Both the position numbers and the translations under genes were made by a program. Source: Camelus dromedarius (lineage: Eukaryota). Taken from it: a DNA stretch of 64,000 bases. Shown piece after piece: positions 1 through 13,725 of this stretch. The stretch lies in the NCBI RefSeq assembly GCF_036321535.1, contig NC_087447.1, forward strand, positions 38,938,001 to 39,002,000, given 5' to 3'. A model generated the notes under the pieces. It had not been told where the DNA came from and did not search any database. It worked only from the letters and a program-made list of their open reading frames with translations. Within the stretch, counting starts at the first letter, position 1. Each line of letters begins with the position of its first letter.

Positions 1-439
1 TTTGAATGCTATTCACAGAAAATTCTTATTCCTATTTCACATCTTTCATTAAACACAAAACATTTTAGTATAATCTGAAAACTCATGTCAACATTTAAAG
101 AAGACTATATGAAGTGCACGTGATTCTAAATTTGAAAAGATACTTAACCTCATTAATAAAAATGGATATGCAAATTAAAACTAGACTGAGGTATTTATTA
201 CTTATTAGATTTGTAAAAAATGTAGACTTTGACATCATATTCTGGTGAGGCCTTGTGCAAGTAGGCATTCTCATACATTGCTAGAAATGTGTATCATTCT
301 CCATTCTTTTATTTTCAACTTTGCTGTATCCTTATCTTTCAAATATTTTTCTTACAAGTAGCATACAGATTTTTTTTTCAGTTTGAGTTTTTGACCGTTC
401 CTTCATCCCACTGTACAACACATACTGCCCAATGGATCA

Positions 440-915
440 TTAGAAGGGGAGTACCCAGGTGAAGAAATAGATTATTATAAAACCCAGAAGATCCCCTCAT
501 GGCCACTCCTAATCACTATCTCCTCTCTCCTCCCACTAGTAACAACTGTCTTGAATTCTAACACTAAATGTTGTGTTATTTTTTCATTCTTTTGTTGATA
601 GACATTTGAGTTTTTTCCAGTTTTTGGCTATTGGGAATAAACCTTCTATGAACCCTGTACACACATTTGTGTATGGTATGTATCTAGAAATAGAATAGCT
701 GAGCCAAAAGATATTCATATGTTCAATTTACTAGCTAATGCCAAACAGTTTTCCTAAGTGGTTGTATCAATTTACATTCCAAGTGGCAATGTATGAGAGT
801 TCCTGTTAATCCACATCCCTCCCAACTCTTGGCATTTTAATTTAAATTTTTAACTTTAGCCACTTTGGTGGTTATGTAGTAGTATCTCAATGTGACTTTA
901 GTATGCATTTTGTAT
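440..915 (-). mobile_element. Ancient LINE-1 (L1M-type) fragment
   Basis: Decayed reverse-strand L1 motifs, e.g. 'ggttgtatcaatttacattcc', 'gtagtatctcaatgtg'; boundaries approximate. Confidence 0.6.
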
Positions 916-2036
916 TACATAAAAAGCTTATATAGAAATGGTAAAAGGTGTTAGTAATCCTACTGAAAAATAGTCTAGAGAGATGAACAGTTTACAAATG
1001 TGCACATGTCTAAGACATTCAGATCCAGGAAGCACAACTGAAACAGAATAAATTATTTCTAAATTACACCCAGATGCATTCATAGTGAAATCACAGAATA
1101 CCAAGCATAAATAAAAACTCTGAAAAAGAGGCAGGAGTAATAGACCACCTATAAAGCAACAGCAAATTAGACTGATTTTTTAACAGCAATGAAGTAAGAC
1201 AGAATATAAAAAGAAAGTTATCTTTAATGTGCTAAAATCATGTTACAGAAACAAGCATGAAATAAAGACATGCCAGACAACTGAAAACTGACAATTCACT
1301 ACTGGTAGATCCCCTACTCAGCCATATTCTGATATTCCGGATATATTTCAAGCAAGAAGAAAATGATCCTAAAGAGAAGATCTGATAGCAAAGACACTGA
1401 TAATTACACAGTTAAAGTAAAACTGAACAAAATAATCATTTTTAATTATGATGTTTAAATACAGAACTAAAGTAACATATAAACATGTAAGTTAGTGGGG
1501 GTGGTAATCAGAGCTAGAACATTTTATGGTCCTAAATATCATTCAGGAAGACGATATAGAAATTGTTCAATTTAGACTTTGTTAGGTATGCATATTCAAG
1601 TATCTAAGGTAATCTCAAAAAGAAAATACACAGAGTTTACGTTTCAATCTAACAGAGAACAGAATGTGTAATGATAAAATTAAGAGTATATGAAAAACAA
1701 TTTCTGAGAGAAGGTTTTCCCCTTAAACTTAAAGAAAACATGGTGTTTGGGGGGACAATGCATAAATAAAGTAAAAGTTCTCTTTGAACCTGACATTAAA
1801 GAGAAAAAAAATCAAAATTTCAGTCATGCTTTGACAATACCTGTTACTCTCAGATATTTACACTATAAATTCTAAGGTAAAACAATTTTATTTTACCACC
1901 ACTTATTATGACTGAGATTTAATGAGAGACTATAAATAGATGAATGACTTTCTTACTGCATAATGGTTGTGGAAAACATCCAATTATTTCTCAGGTTACT
2001 AATCAGTATGCTACTCATTCTCTAATTAGTATGCTA

Positions 2037-2198
<162 letters not shown>

Positions 2199-3088
2199 TT
2201 ATAAGAAAAATTGAGATTCATAAATTTGCACAGATAAGGGAAAATGTCATCACCACCCAGGGTACCAGTTTTTACACTGAGACATTAATAGTAAAATTGT
2301 AATACGTAATTCAATTTAAGTGTACCAAATCACCAGGGAGTAAGAATATTTCTGCATCTTAGAAGGACATTTTATAAACCCAAAATGAAAAGAATTTAAG
2401 CAGCAGTAAATGAATTTAATACAGCCTAAATACAGTTCTCCTGATATATGAAATTAATTTTCTAAGGAAATAAAATAAAGGTCAAATTTTCCATATACAA
2501 TACTAAGCAAATAAATGGATTCAATTAGTATTCCCTTCCTTTTTGTTCCTTAAACCACACTTGAATTCAGCTGATTTTACTAAGATTTTCTGAATTCATA
2601 ACATATTGTGTTACATTATAATCTCAACTCTTCAGGATTATAATCTCAATTCTTTTGCATCATGGAAGCAAAGTACACAGAAATATTCGTTTCCCATTTA
2701 GACAACTCCCTCTATATATTTTAAATAATTTTTTCTTTAAGATTGATAGGTACCACTCTCGATTGTCTGGATGTGTCAAGAAATCAATGACTCATGTTGA
2801 CAACTTTCTTAAATAGATATTCAAGATACTCACTCATCTCCCCAAATCCCCAATATCCATCTTTATAGAAGTAAGAGTTTGATACTTTTTTTGTTTCTTT
2901 TTAAAAGGGTGAGGAGCTTTAATCTTTAAATCTGTAATTTTATATATCATAGCTCACTGTAAGTCATTGATATCATAACACTTACCAGAGTAGTAACATC
3001 TATACAATAATAATTACCTATTACAAGCAGAGAAAGGAAAGAAAGAACTTTTTGAAATAAAACACACATCAAAAATTCCTAACCTCTG

Positions 3089-4175
3089 CCTACAGAATGG
3101 GAGAAAATTTTTGCAAATGAAACCGACAAAGGCTTGATCTCCAGAATATATAAGCAGCTCATACGACTCAATAAGAAAAAAACAAACAACCCAATCCAAA
3201 AATGGGCAAAAGACCTAAACAAGCAATTCTCCAAGGAAGAAATACAAATGATCAATAGGCACACGAAAAAATTCTCAGTATCACTAATTATCAGAGAAAT
3301 GCAAACCAAAACTACAATGAGGTATCACCTCACACCAGTCAGAATGGCCGTCATTCAAAAATCCACAAATGACAAATGCTGGAGAGGCTGTAGAGAAAAG
3401 GGAACCCTCCTACACTGCTGGTGGGAATGCAGTTTGGTGCAGCCACTTTGGAAAACAGTATGGAGATTCCTCAAAAGACTAGGGACAGACTTACCATATG
3501 ACCCAGGGATCCTGCTCCTGGGCATATATCCAGAAGGAACCCTACTTCAAAAAGACACCTGCAGCCCAATGTTCATAGCAGCACTATTTACAATAGTCAA
3601 GACATGGAAACAGCCTAAATGTCCATCAACAGGTGACTGGATAAAGAAGATGTGGCATATTTACACAATGGAATACTATTCAGCCATAAAAACTGACAAC
3701 ATAATGCCATTTGCAGCAACATGGATGTTCCTAGAGAATGTCATTCTAAGTGAAGTAAGACAGAAAGAGAAAGAAAAATACCATATGAGATTGCTCTCAT
3801 GTGGTATCTAAAAACAAACAAACAAAAATAAAAAAAAATCCACAAATACAAAACAGAAACAGACTCAGATAAAGAATACAAACGTGTGGTTGCCAAGGGA
3901 GCAGGGAGGGTGGGAAGAGACAGACTGGGATTTCAAAATGTAGAATAGATAAACAAGATTATACTGTACAGCACAGGGGAATATATACAAGATCTTGTAG
4001 CTCACAGTGAAAAAAAAATCTGACAATGAATATATGTATGTTCATGTATAACTGAAAAATTGTGCTCTACGCTGGAATTTGACACAACATTGCAAAATGA
4101 CTATAACTCAATAAAAATGTTAAAAAATAAAAAATAAAATAAAAAATACAAAATACTATGCTTGATATACCTATA
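3089..4175 (+). mobile_element. 5'-truncated young LINE-1: ORF2 C-terminus, 3'UTR and A-rich tail
   Basis: Frame open 3089-3811 with the ORF2p motif [18 protein letters not shown]; 18-bp TSD AAAAATTCCTAACCTCTG at 3071-3088 and 4176-4193. Confidence 0.95.
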
Positions 4176-5186
4176 AAAAATTCCTAACCTCTGATAAACA
4201 GGAAAATAATTTGTAGAGAGGTACTTAAAAAGAATTCTAGTTATATTCCCACAATAAGGATTAGCATTACATGCAGTTTAGAAAGTCCCAATCTTAGGGG
4301 CTTTAGAAATGAGGGAAAAAGGAGTAAACTGAAACATGAGAAATGAGGGGGGAAAAAAATCAAAACAGTAACATTAGCTAAGCAATTACGATGACAAATT
4401 TAGACAAACACATTTAGAAAGAACCCTGAATCCAGAATACTGAAAGAAAATGAGGCAACGTGGACTATGTAAAGAAAAACTGTAGTTCAAGCAAGAAAGT
4501 AATTCCAAAATAAAACCTTCATTAAGCATGAAAAGAATTACTGAGCATCAAGATTAAATTTGGACGGAATAGTTCAATACATAGAAGGCACTTAAAGGGA
4601 AAAAAAAAAACCAAGACATGCTGCTTTTAGAAAAGAGATTAGGCAAATTTTTTCCCTAAAAAGCAACAAAAAGATTTAACAGATGTGTAATTAAATCAAT
4701 ATCCACCATCATAGCCAGTTCAGTACACTGGAATCACACACATACACATATTTTGGTTAACAGTTTTCCAACATACATCTTATTAAAAAGTTTTTGTTTC
4801 TAACTCCCCTTTCACTGATAATTCTCATGTAGTCTTATTTTCAGATTCATTCACATGACAGAATTACCCTAAAACCAATCATTGATTCAGCCTTAATTAT
4901 AATAAAAAATTAGAGAAGGAGAAGGAAATTTGAAAGGTCATATATGTGTGAAGTTCACAGTATTTATCAAGCAATAAAAGTACTGCATTGAATACTATGG
5001 GGGATAAAGAAAAACTTAAAACTTTGCACCATCAGTCTTTGGTTAAACATGCTTTAAGAAGAGATGCCTAGAACTACACTGCCATGCATGTTCTGAGTAT
5101 TCATCTATTCTTTAATACAGTAACCTGCAAAAAATAATCAGTCATAATCCTTTAGAGTAGGGCAAGATCTTAAAGGTAATCTAGTG

Positions 5187-5406
5187 CAAGGTTTCTCAAT
5201 GTGAGCACTATAGGTATTTTAGGCCAGATAATTCTTCATGGCAGGGGGTTGTTCTATGCACTGTGAGATGCTTAGCAGCATCCCTGGCCTCTATGCACTG
5301 TAAGTGGCCAGTAGCGCCCATCCCCCAGCTGTGATAACTAAAAACAGCTCCAAAACTTGTTTGATGTCCTCTGAGGGAGCAAATTTGTCTTCTGTTGAGA
5401 ATCACA
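5187..5406 (-). mobile_element. MER20-like hAT-Charlie DNA transposon
   Basis: Reverse complement resembles the MER20 consensus and the copy at 26129-26350. Confidence 0.8.
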
Positions 5407-6010
5407 CAGATAAACAATATCAGGTTCAGAGAAGTTAAGCTAGAGAAAGTTAAGCTAAGTAACCAAAAAACAAGATCATGGAACCATTTTTAAAATGTCA
5501 TTTTTAAAAGCAATGAAATATCTGCTATACTTCAAGAGCTACAGTGAATAATTTATACTGCTTCTACATGTAATAATACCATGCATACTAGTCCCCATGG
5601 CTACTAACCAGGAATCCAAATAAAGCATATCTGGCTTATACTTTAAAAATTATGCCAAGATATAAAGCAAGTCAGATTCTTATCCAGCTCACACTCAGAA
5701 TAATGTAAATGATTAAAATGGACACCACAAATGAGAAGATTGACATTAGTTTAACGTAGAAGTAGGCATTATATTAAGGCCCAAATATAAGGTATAGAGC
5801 CAAGTAACTTGCTCAGTAAATACCTGAACAAATTAAATGTTACAAAACTTTATATTTAACATTTATAAAATTGCCTAAACATAAAACTTTTATGTCTCTT
5901 GTTTGTTTTTAGACTATAAGCTCCCAGAGGTTAAGGATCATTATTGCTTTGATACTTAGCATTACAAAGGACAAACCTCAGGTAAGATTCTTTATTTGAC
6001 GTTTCTTATT

Positions 6011-8683
6011 TGTAGTTGATTTTAATTTCCAAAGGTGGCTGCAAAATTATCTCCCACCCTATGTGCTCACCTACAATATCACCTTAACTATCTTCCCTGT
6101 TAAGAAGTGAAGGTAACTCATACCAACAGAATGGGGTGGAAGTGACACTGTTTGACGTCTGCAGGTAGATAAGGAAAAGCAATAGAGCTTTCTGCCTTGC
6201 TCACTGGAATACTCACCCTTGAAGCCTTCAGTGGTCATGTATGCTGTCCAACTCCCCCTGAGGCTGCCATGCTGTGAGGAAGCCCAAATTAGTCCATGTG
6301 TAGAGACCACACGGAGAGGTTCTGAGACTACATGAAGAGAGAAAGATGCCTGGCCACCCAGCTGCTCTGCACCTTCCCCTTCCTTTACCATTCCGTCATT
6401 GTACCTGCTCCAGTCCCTGTGACTGCAACTGCTTGAAAGATCCTGAGCCAAAACAATCCTGTCAAAGCCTTCTGGAATTTCTGACCCACAGAAATCATGA
6501 GTGATAAGTGAAATGACTGCTGCTTTAAGATACTAAATTTGATGTCAATCATATTTCAATTTCTTAAAAAAGAAAGATACTAAGTTTAAACGATTTGTCA
6601 TGTAGCACAGATAATGGGAACAAATACCAGTACTGGAAGTGAGGGGCTGCTATGATAAAAATCAGGAACACAAAGTTCTGGCTTTAGGATGAGGTGGTAG
6701 ACAGAATTTGGAAGGCCCTTGAGGAGACCACTGGTGAAACCTAGAAGGACCAAGAAAAGAATGTCAGTAGAAGCCATAAAAGGGCTCAAGGAAGCTGTTG
6801 GTGAGTGTTTCAAGGTAAGTGAGGAAAATAATGTTGGAAGTCAGAAGAATAAAACTGTCACCTGTGGTCACACGAAAATAGAAACCATATCTAATAAACT
6901 CAATGATCTAGCCAAGATTTCCTCAAAGAGGACAAAGATGATCTTAAAAAATGAATTATCTGAGTAGAATTTGGAAGGAATGTAAAATTCCAGCCAGGAA
7001 TTCTTTAATAAACGTGTTCTGAGCACAGGTCAAATCTAGAATGCAGATCTAAGTTTCCTTATTAAGACCTCAGAAAGATTTAAGGTAGTACACCTCATAG
7101 AACATTTCAGACAAACAAAAGGCTCACTCCAGATCTTAAAGACATGTCTTATAGAATTCCCATTTTTTAAGAGGCAGGATGTAAGAGTCTAAGGATCTAA
7201 GAGGTAAGGATCTAAGAACCGAGGGTGCTGTCCCACAGCAACCTCATAAGGAACCCAAGACAGAGAAGGATGTGTCTCAAAAAGATCTGTGTGTATGGCT
7301 CCGGTCTAATGGAGTGGATTGTTTTAAAATAGATACATGGGAAACCCAGTTTTAAAAGGACTTATATCAGTTTACATTTAAAAGGACAGAGACAGTACAA
7401 AATGAAAAAAGGCCTCTAGATCAAGGGCCAGCAAACCAGAGCTTAGGGACCAAATCTACTGGTTTTTATAAATAAAGTTTGATTGGAACATGGTCATGCT
7501 AATTCGTTTACTTATTGTCTGAGGCTGCAGAATTGAGCAGTTACAAGGTGGAAGCTATACTTAACAGCAGAATTGAGTAGTTGCAACAGATACCATAAGG
7601 TTCACAAAGACTAAAATGTTTACTATATGGCCCTTTACAGAAAGTTTACCAATTCCTGCTCTGAAGACTCCCAATATTTTGTGGGCAAGAAGTAAGGTAA
7701 GTTGCAAACACAGGCCATTTTTTTATGGGAGAAGGAGGATGACTCTGAGGGGAGAGGCAAAAGCCTCAGAGAACAACCAGACAGTGGGAACGAGTCCTAA
7801 CTAACAAACCATCAAACACACCTAGCTAGAATTCAGAACAGTTATGGACCAGTGATTGCTGTGTGCCTCTCATTTTCTGTGTTTTCAACAAGGCTGTCTA
7901 AAGTATTTCCCATGCATGTTTCACCATTATATGTTGAGTGGAGGGGCAGCAGGTAACTTGTCACTTTAGGTCACAGGTTTTCAGACCAATACTTGAGTTA
8001 CCATAGTTTAAAAAACACTCCTACAGAGCTGCAACTGTACCAGATTTTGTTGACCACACTGGCTCCAAGCTGATGTCAGAGAGGTCTTTGGGGGAAGACG
8101 CAAGTGTATTTTCTATGTAGGAGGAGTATGAATTGTTGTGGCCAAAAGGCTGACTGTAGCAGCCTGTGCTTTCCAAAAATGGCTACAATCATACCGTTCA
8201 CTTCACCTGTTCTTATGACATGATCTCGACCACTCTCTACATCCCCTTTCCTTGAATTCTGGAGGATCTGTGACTCACTTGTGACTAAAAGAATGAGGTG
8301 GAAGTTGTGCTGCAAGACTTCTGTAGGTAGGTCAGAAAACGTACATAGCTTCTACCTTGCCTGCTGAAGCACTTCTTGAAGCCTTCAGTGCCAAGTAAGC
8401 AGACCAGTTCCCCTAAGGCTACCACTGGTCCTTATAAAGAGGCTCTATGAAGAGATCCTGACATTATGTGAAGAGCAGTGATACTAGCTGTTCCATCACG
8501 CCTCCCTTTCAGCTCCATCTGACCATAATCATACAAAAGATCCTCAAGCCAAAGCTGCTCAGTGGATTCCTTCCTGAATTCCTGATCCTGAGAGAAATAG
8601 TAAATTGAAAGAATAAAATGACTGCTGCTGTTTTAAGCCACTAAGTTTGTGATGATTTGTTATGCAGCAACATTAACTATAAA
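6011..8683 (+). mobile_element. Two-LTR MaLR (MLT1-type) element: LTR 6011-6622, internal 6623-8154, LTR 8155-8683
   Basis: Both LTRs start TGTAG and end with related MLT1-type tails; MLT-internal-like junctions; 5-bp TSD TTATT at 6006-6010 and 8684-8688. Confidence 0.75.
7422..7658 (+). mobile_element. MER58A-like hAT element nested in the MaLR internal region
   Basis: 'aaataaagtttgattggaaca...tggccctttacagaaagttt' matches the MER58A consensus. Confidence 0.8.
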
Positions 8684-9893
8684 TTATTGAATAAACTTTA
8701 CCTCTTCCCTCATTTAAATTTACTAAGCCCCCTTTCTGAGTAAGGCATTATGATGTAATTAACCTTTTTTTTTTTTACTTTTTAGACCTAGTTTTGACTT
8801 TTCTGCTCTAACTTGCAACAACTCTATTAATATCAAGACGACACGCATTGCCATCAATCATAAATTAACATGTGCTTTTTAGCCACGAAAGACTGCTAAT
8901 GACAAATATTGCACTTTGCAGATCACCCTAGAAAAATATGGAAGATTACTTTTTGATATATTTTGGATTTTTTTCCCATTAAGTATTTCTTTACCTATTC
9001 TAAAGTTGTTCAATTCAACACCTCATATGTTTCAATCTTTAACATACAGAGTTAGAAACATAATGGACCACTGAACCCACAGAAATTCCCTACATGTAAC
9101 TCAGATCCTGATACACTATAACTGGCAGATACCTCACTTTTACTTTTTGAGCAGTTGATGGAAGTTCTGGAATCAGCATCTTCTTTATACATAAATACTC
9201 AAATCCTGAACTCTCCAATCAAAGGCTCCACTGTAATGCCAATGTAGTTAAAAACATAAATATTTTTATGTACATTTCACTATAATTGAAGTAAAGGCAG
9301 TAGGTTTACTTTTGTGGGGTTTCAATAAAAAAAAGAAAAGAGGAAAGAAAGGCTAGAACAACTATAAGGAAATAGAACGTTTTCGATTTGTTAACTTTTG
9401 TTTTAAACTATGACATTTTCAACCTGGAAAATTAGTCAAAAATTGTAATTACCATATTATAAGCTGAACGGGAAACTGAGATATCTCAAGCAATCAATTT
9501 TCTAGAAGCATCCTATGTTTTTTCATATAAAAATGGACAATCTGCTTAAAGCAAAACATTTAACCCTTAATCCCCTATAAAACTCACCTCCAAGTTTTTA
9601 AGGGGGAGAGGAGAAGGGTTCAATTTCAGCTTATAATAACAATGACAACCTTGACGTTGGACATTTCCTGTATTTCGGGATTTTGGAGGATCAATGGCCC
9701 AATAAGAGGAGATCCACAGTGAGTCTCCCCAAATATCCTCAATTTCTAAGAAATGTCCTAGCATCCTGATTGTGATTGCGATGAATTCGGTTAGTAGTTC
9801 TAAAGGTAAAGCTCATGCTAGCGACTTTTTGTCTCTCCAGCAAGCTTCCACCACCTTACCAATATATAGTGTATTTACTGCTATTCTTCTTAC

Positions 9894-10065
9894 CACGGTT
9901 TCTGACCTGTCAACCTGAGTGCAAGATCGAGCAATAATGCAGGTACTGTATGTCTGACACCCTTCCAATAATGAAGCATTAAGTTGTTGGAATACAACTT
10001 AATATTGGGGCGCCTGAATACTTGATTTAAAGGATTCATCTTGAAGAAATGATTTAGATAATACC
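9894..10065 (-). CDS. FAR1: FAR1 alternative exon 9b (172 nt): GYYLNHFFKMNPLNQVFRRPNIKLYSNNLMLHYWKGVRHTVPALLLDLALRLTGQKPW
   Basis: Open frame; same length and phases as exon 9a; 30/58 aa identical to 9a; acceptor TTTTCCCTACAG|, donor TG|GTAAGA. Confidence 0.9.
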
Positions 10066-10370
10066 CTGTAGGGAAAATAAGCGTCAAAGCATTTTGAATG
10101 TTATTTGTTATTCAGAAAAAATACCTAAGTTAGACCTACAATTCAGCACATGACAATAATTTATCATCCAAACTTCAGAATAAATTAGAGTGAATTACAA
10201 CACTACCTTTGCTTTTCTGACAAATTCTTAAATTCAAGAGTCTTCTTGTTCAAAAAGGCCTTTCAGCCTTATTATAAGCATAAACAAATACAGAGTTAAT
10301 ATGCAGTTTAGTGTAAGCATGGGTTGTTTAACAGTCAGAGGAACAGATAAGACAGAGCTAGTCACCATTA

Positions 10371-10616
<246 letters not shown>

Positions 10617-12006
10617 TTACATAGCAAAATATTTTACCAAGTATGTCAGAGTTTGCTCATTTAAAAAACAAACTTTTCTACTCTCTACAGTAGCTAAGAG
10701 AATACGGGTCTCAGACTGCTTGCTGAACACAAGTAATTTTACAACTGCCACTATTTGAGAATTTTAATTAGATGAATGAATTTTTGCTAAAATTCACTCT
10801 TAAAAATCCTTTTAATGTTTACCTATATCAGTTTACAATGTCACTTTCTATATTTCACCTCTCACGATAGCTTCTTTCTTTCTGTTCCTCTTTCCAGATT
10901 CTTATTACCGTACTTACTTAAAAAAGAAAAGGAAAATCATCATCCTTTGCTCATGAATAATTGTTGTTCAAATTTACATACATCAACAAACTTAAAACAA
11001 CCCAAATTAATTTCTGTTGTAATTTATTTAGGTTATGCAATATCAACACAATCAAATCTATTATCATCTATGTTAACACTTTAATGGAAGGGTATACTAG
11101 GATATTCACTTAAAAAATGCTCAACTTGATTTTTACTAAACTTTATAACACAATGAAAGACTATAAAAAACCTAACTCATTTAAAGTGTTTTAAAATTCT
11201 TAAAAGAATACAAATAATTATCATAAAATTAAAAGTACCCTAGATCTTTTGCTTTTCTTATATGTTCTAACAGTCAATCTTTAAATTGAAATAAAAATGC
11301 TATTTAAAAAAAAGCACTAGGACAAAAGACAAAGATTTACTTTAAAATCAAAAAACTATTCCACAAGGGCTAACAAAAATTGTTCAACTGGAGGTAAAAT
11401 AAGACCTATTATTAAATCAACATTGTAAATATACTTCACTTTAAATTTGAAAACATAAACCAACAACTTAAAAATGATTCAATTGCAGCAGGCTTTAGGT
11501 TACACTATTCCTATTTTTGAACAAGTAACATAACATTCACACTACCTGCTGTGGATCTGTGAATTTAAATAGATTAATAAATGTAACAAAATATTCTGTC
11601 AAAATATATCCTACTTACTAACTCCTTCAGTTATTACTCTTTGGACAACTAGTTATCTCTTGTGATAAACCAACTCCTGTATTTGGAAGTGATACTGCCT
11701 GTGAATAGGGAACATCAGGATTGAGAGTACCCATGAGGGAGGAAGGAAAAAAAGACACCACAGGTATCTTTGGGCACGGCTGCAGATGGCAGCAGAAAAA
11801 TAGTAAGGGTCAGACAAGGGTGAGATGAGGAGGGAATATACAGTAGGATATTTTTAAATTTGTGAAGCATTATTAAGGACCAAAAGGCAGTTCTAGTAGA
11901 AGATCTAACATGGCAATTAAAATAAGAATAAATTGGTAATTCAGTGGCTTTAATGCCTCAAGGGTTATTCTAACATAAAAACTCAGCGAACATTTAAAGT
12001 TCTTTA

Positions 12007-12162
<156 letters not shown>

Positions 12163-12846
12163 TTAACCAATCTAAATCCTGTATGACATTTAAGTAGGAG
12201 GAAATAAAAATGATGGGTATCTTTTCTACAGTGAATATTTCAAAAAATTATCTTTAAAGGATTAATTTTGGGGTCTGAACAGCTATTTACAACTACTCTT
12301 TTCCCCTACCCTACCACAAAAATTATAAGACAACAGACTTCTTTTCATATTTTTCTTTCTTGTATTAGCAGGAGTATCTGCTTTTTATGTAAGGAAAAAC
12401 AACAACAAACCCCAGCTCTTCCTATCTCCTTCCCATTTTCAGAGGTTCTACTTGAAAAAAATTATGGACTGAGTTCCATTTTACCAGAAACAATATATTC
12501 ATATAATCATATCCCTCCTTTTTTAGGATATAAAATACACTTCAAAAATAAGGGCCATTTATTATTTAGAAAAAAAGTTATTGAGAAGCTTAGGTGTTTA
12601 GGTTTAGGTGTTACCTGTAAACGCTACTACCTTCTTTTAAAAGGAGGCCTATGAGTTGATCAAAGCAGCTCTAATGTGCATATTTGATATATGTAAGCCA
12701 TTCTCTATGAATTTCAGCTCTTTACATATGCTGAGTTTATACCAAATTTTAGTTTGAATTAAAAAAAATAATGCAGGGAATTGAAAAAAATTTTTTAAAT
12801 CTCTAATGACCTTGTCTACCCTGTAGGTGGCACACAAGAATTTATG

Positions 12847-12940
12847 TTTTTTTTTTTTTTTAAACAGAGATACTGGAGATTGAACCCAGGACTTCACGCA
12901 TGCTAAGCATGTGCTCTATCACTGAGCTATACCCTCCCCC
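12847..12940 (-). mobile_element. tRNA-Ala-derived SINE (Vic-1-like)
   Basis: Reverse complement GGGGGAGGGTATAGCTCAGTGATAGAGC...GGGTTCAATCTCCAG followed by poly(A). Confidence 0.85.
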
Positions 12941-13119
12941 ATATGTTAGTTCTTAAATTATTGCTGATGGAACCACTTTCTACATTGCCTGTGATAAACC
13001 ATTTCTTGCAGTTTAAAGTGAAATGCCTATAAACATTGGTATGGGTTATTAAACATTCCTAAGTAGCTCTGTTTTCCTGTCTCAATTACTATATACATAT
13101 ATAACAAGCAACATTGTCA

Positions 13120-13362
<243 letters not shown>

Positions 13363-13370
13363 TTACTTAC

Positions 13371-13415
13371 CGCAATAAAGAGACCACTTGGCCCATTAAA
13401 GTTATCAATCCATCC
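13371..13415 (-). CDS. FAR1: FAR1 exon 6 (45 nt): GWIDNFNGPSGLFIA
   Basis: Translation matches FAR1; TTAG| acceptor, GCG|GTAAGT donor. Confidence 0.96.
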
Positions 13416-13680
13416 CTAATACCAAAAATTAAAAAAAGGAAGGGAGCTTAGAATTATTATGAAACTAGAGATTTATTATTTGAAATTTACAACTCCACTA
13501 TATACTTAGTAGTTTTCTTCTAAAAACTAAAACATAAGACTAGATGCAGGCCAGAATATTTCCTCCCATCCTAAATAGAAGCAGTCGTCTTCTGGGATTG
13601 CAAATGACTAAGTAAAACCATTTTCAAGGGATTACCTACTCTACCATTAACTCTCTGCAAAGAGAATTTTATAAAAAGGA

Positions 13681-13681
<1 letters not shown>

Positions 13682-13722
<41 letters not shown>
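13682..13722. repeat. (TA)n microsatellite, ~20 units
   Basis: Read directly from the sequence. Confidence 0.95.

Positions 13723-13725
<3 letters not shown>

Noticed and set aside
3134..3811. 225-aa ORF as a host gene
   Set aside because: It is the C-terminus of L1 ORF2p in a 5'-truncated insertion without promoter, endonuclease or RT domains
9820..10367. Long-range pairing between sequence just after the 9a donor (UGGUGACU...UGUCUU) and the hairpin region behind 9b (GAGACA...AGUCGCUA)
   Set aside because: Only short helices rich in G-U pairs; cannot be distinguished from chance without folding and covariation analysis
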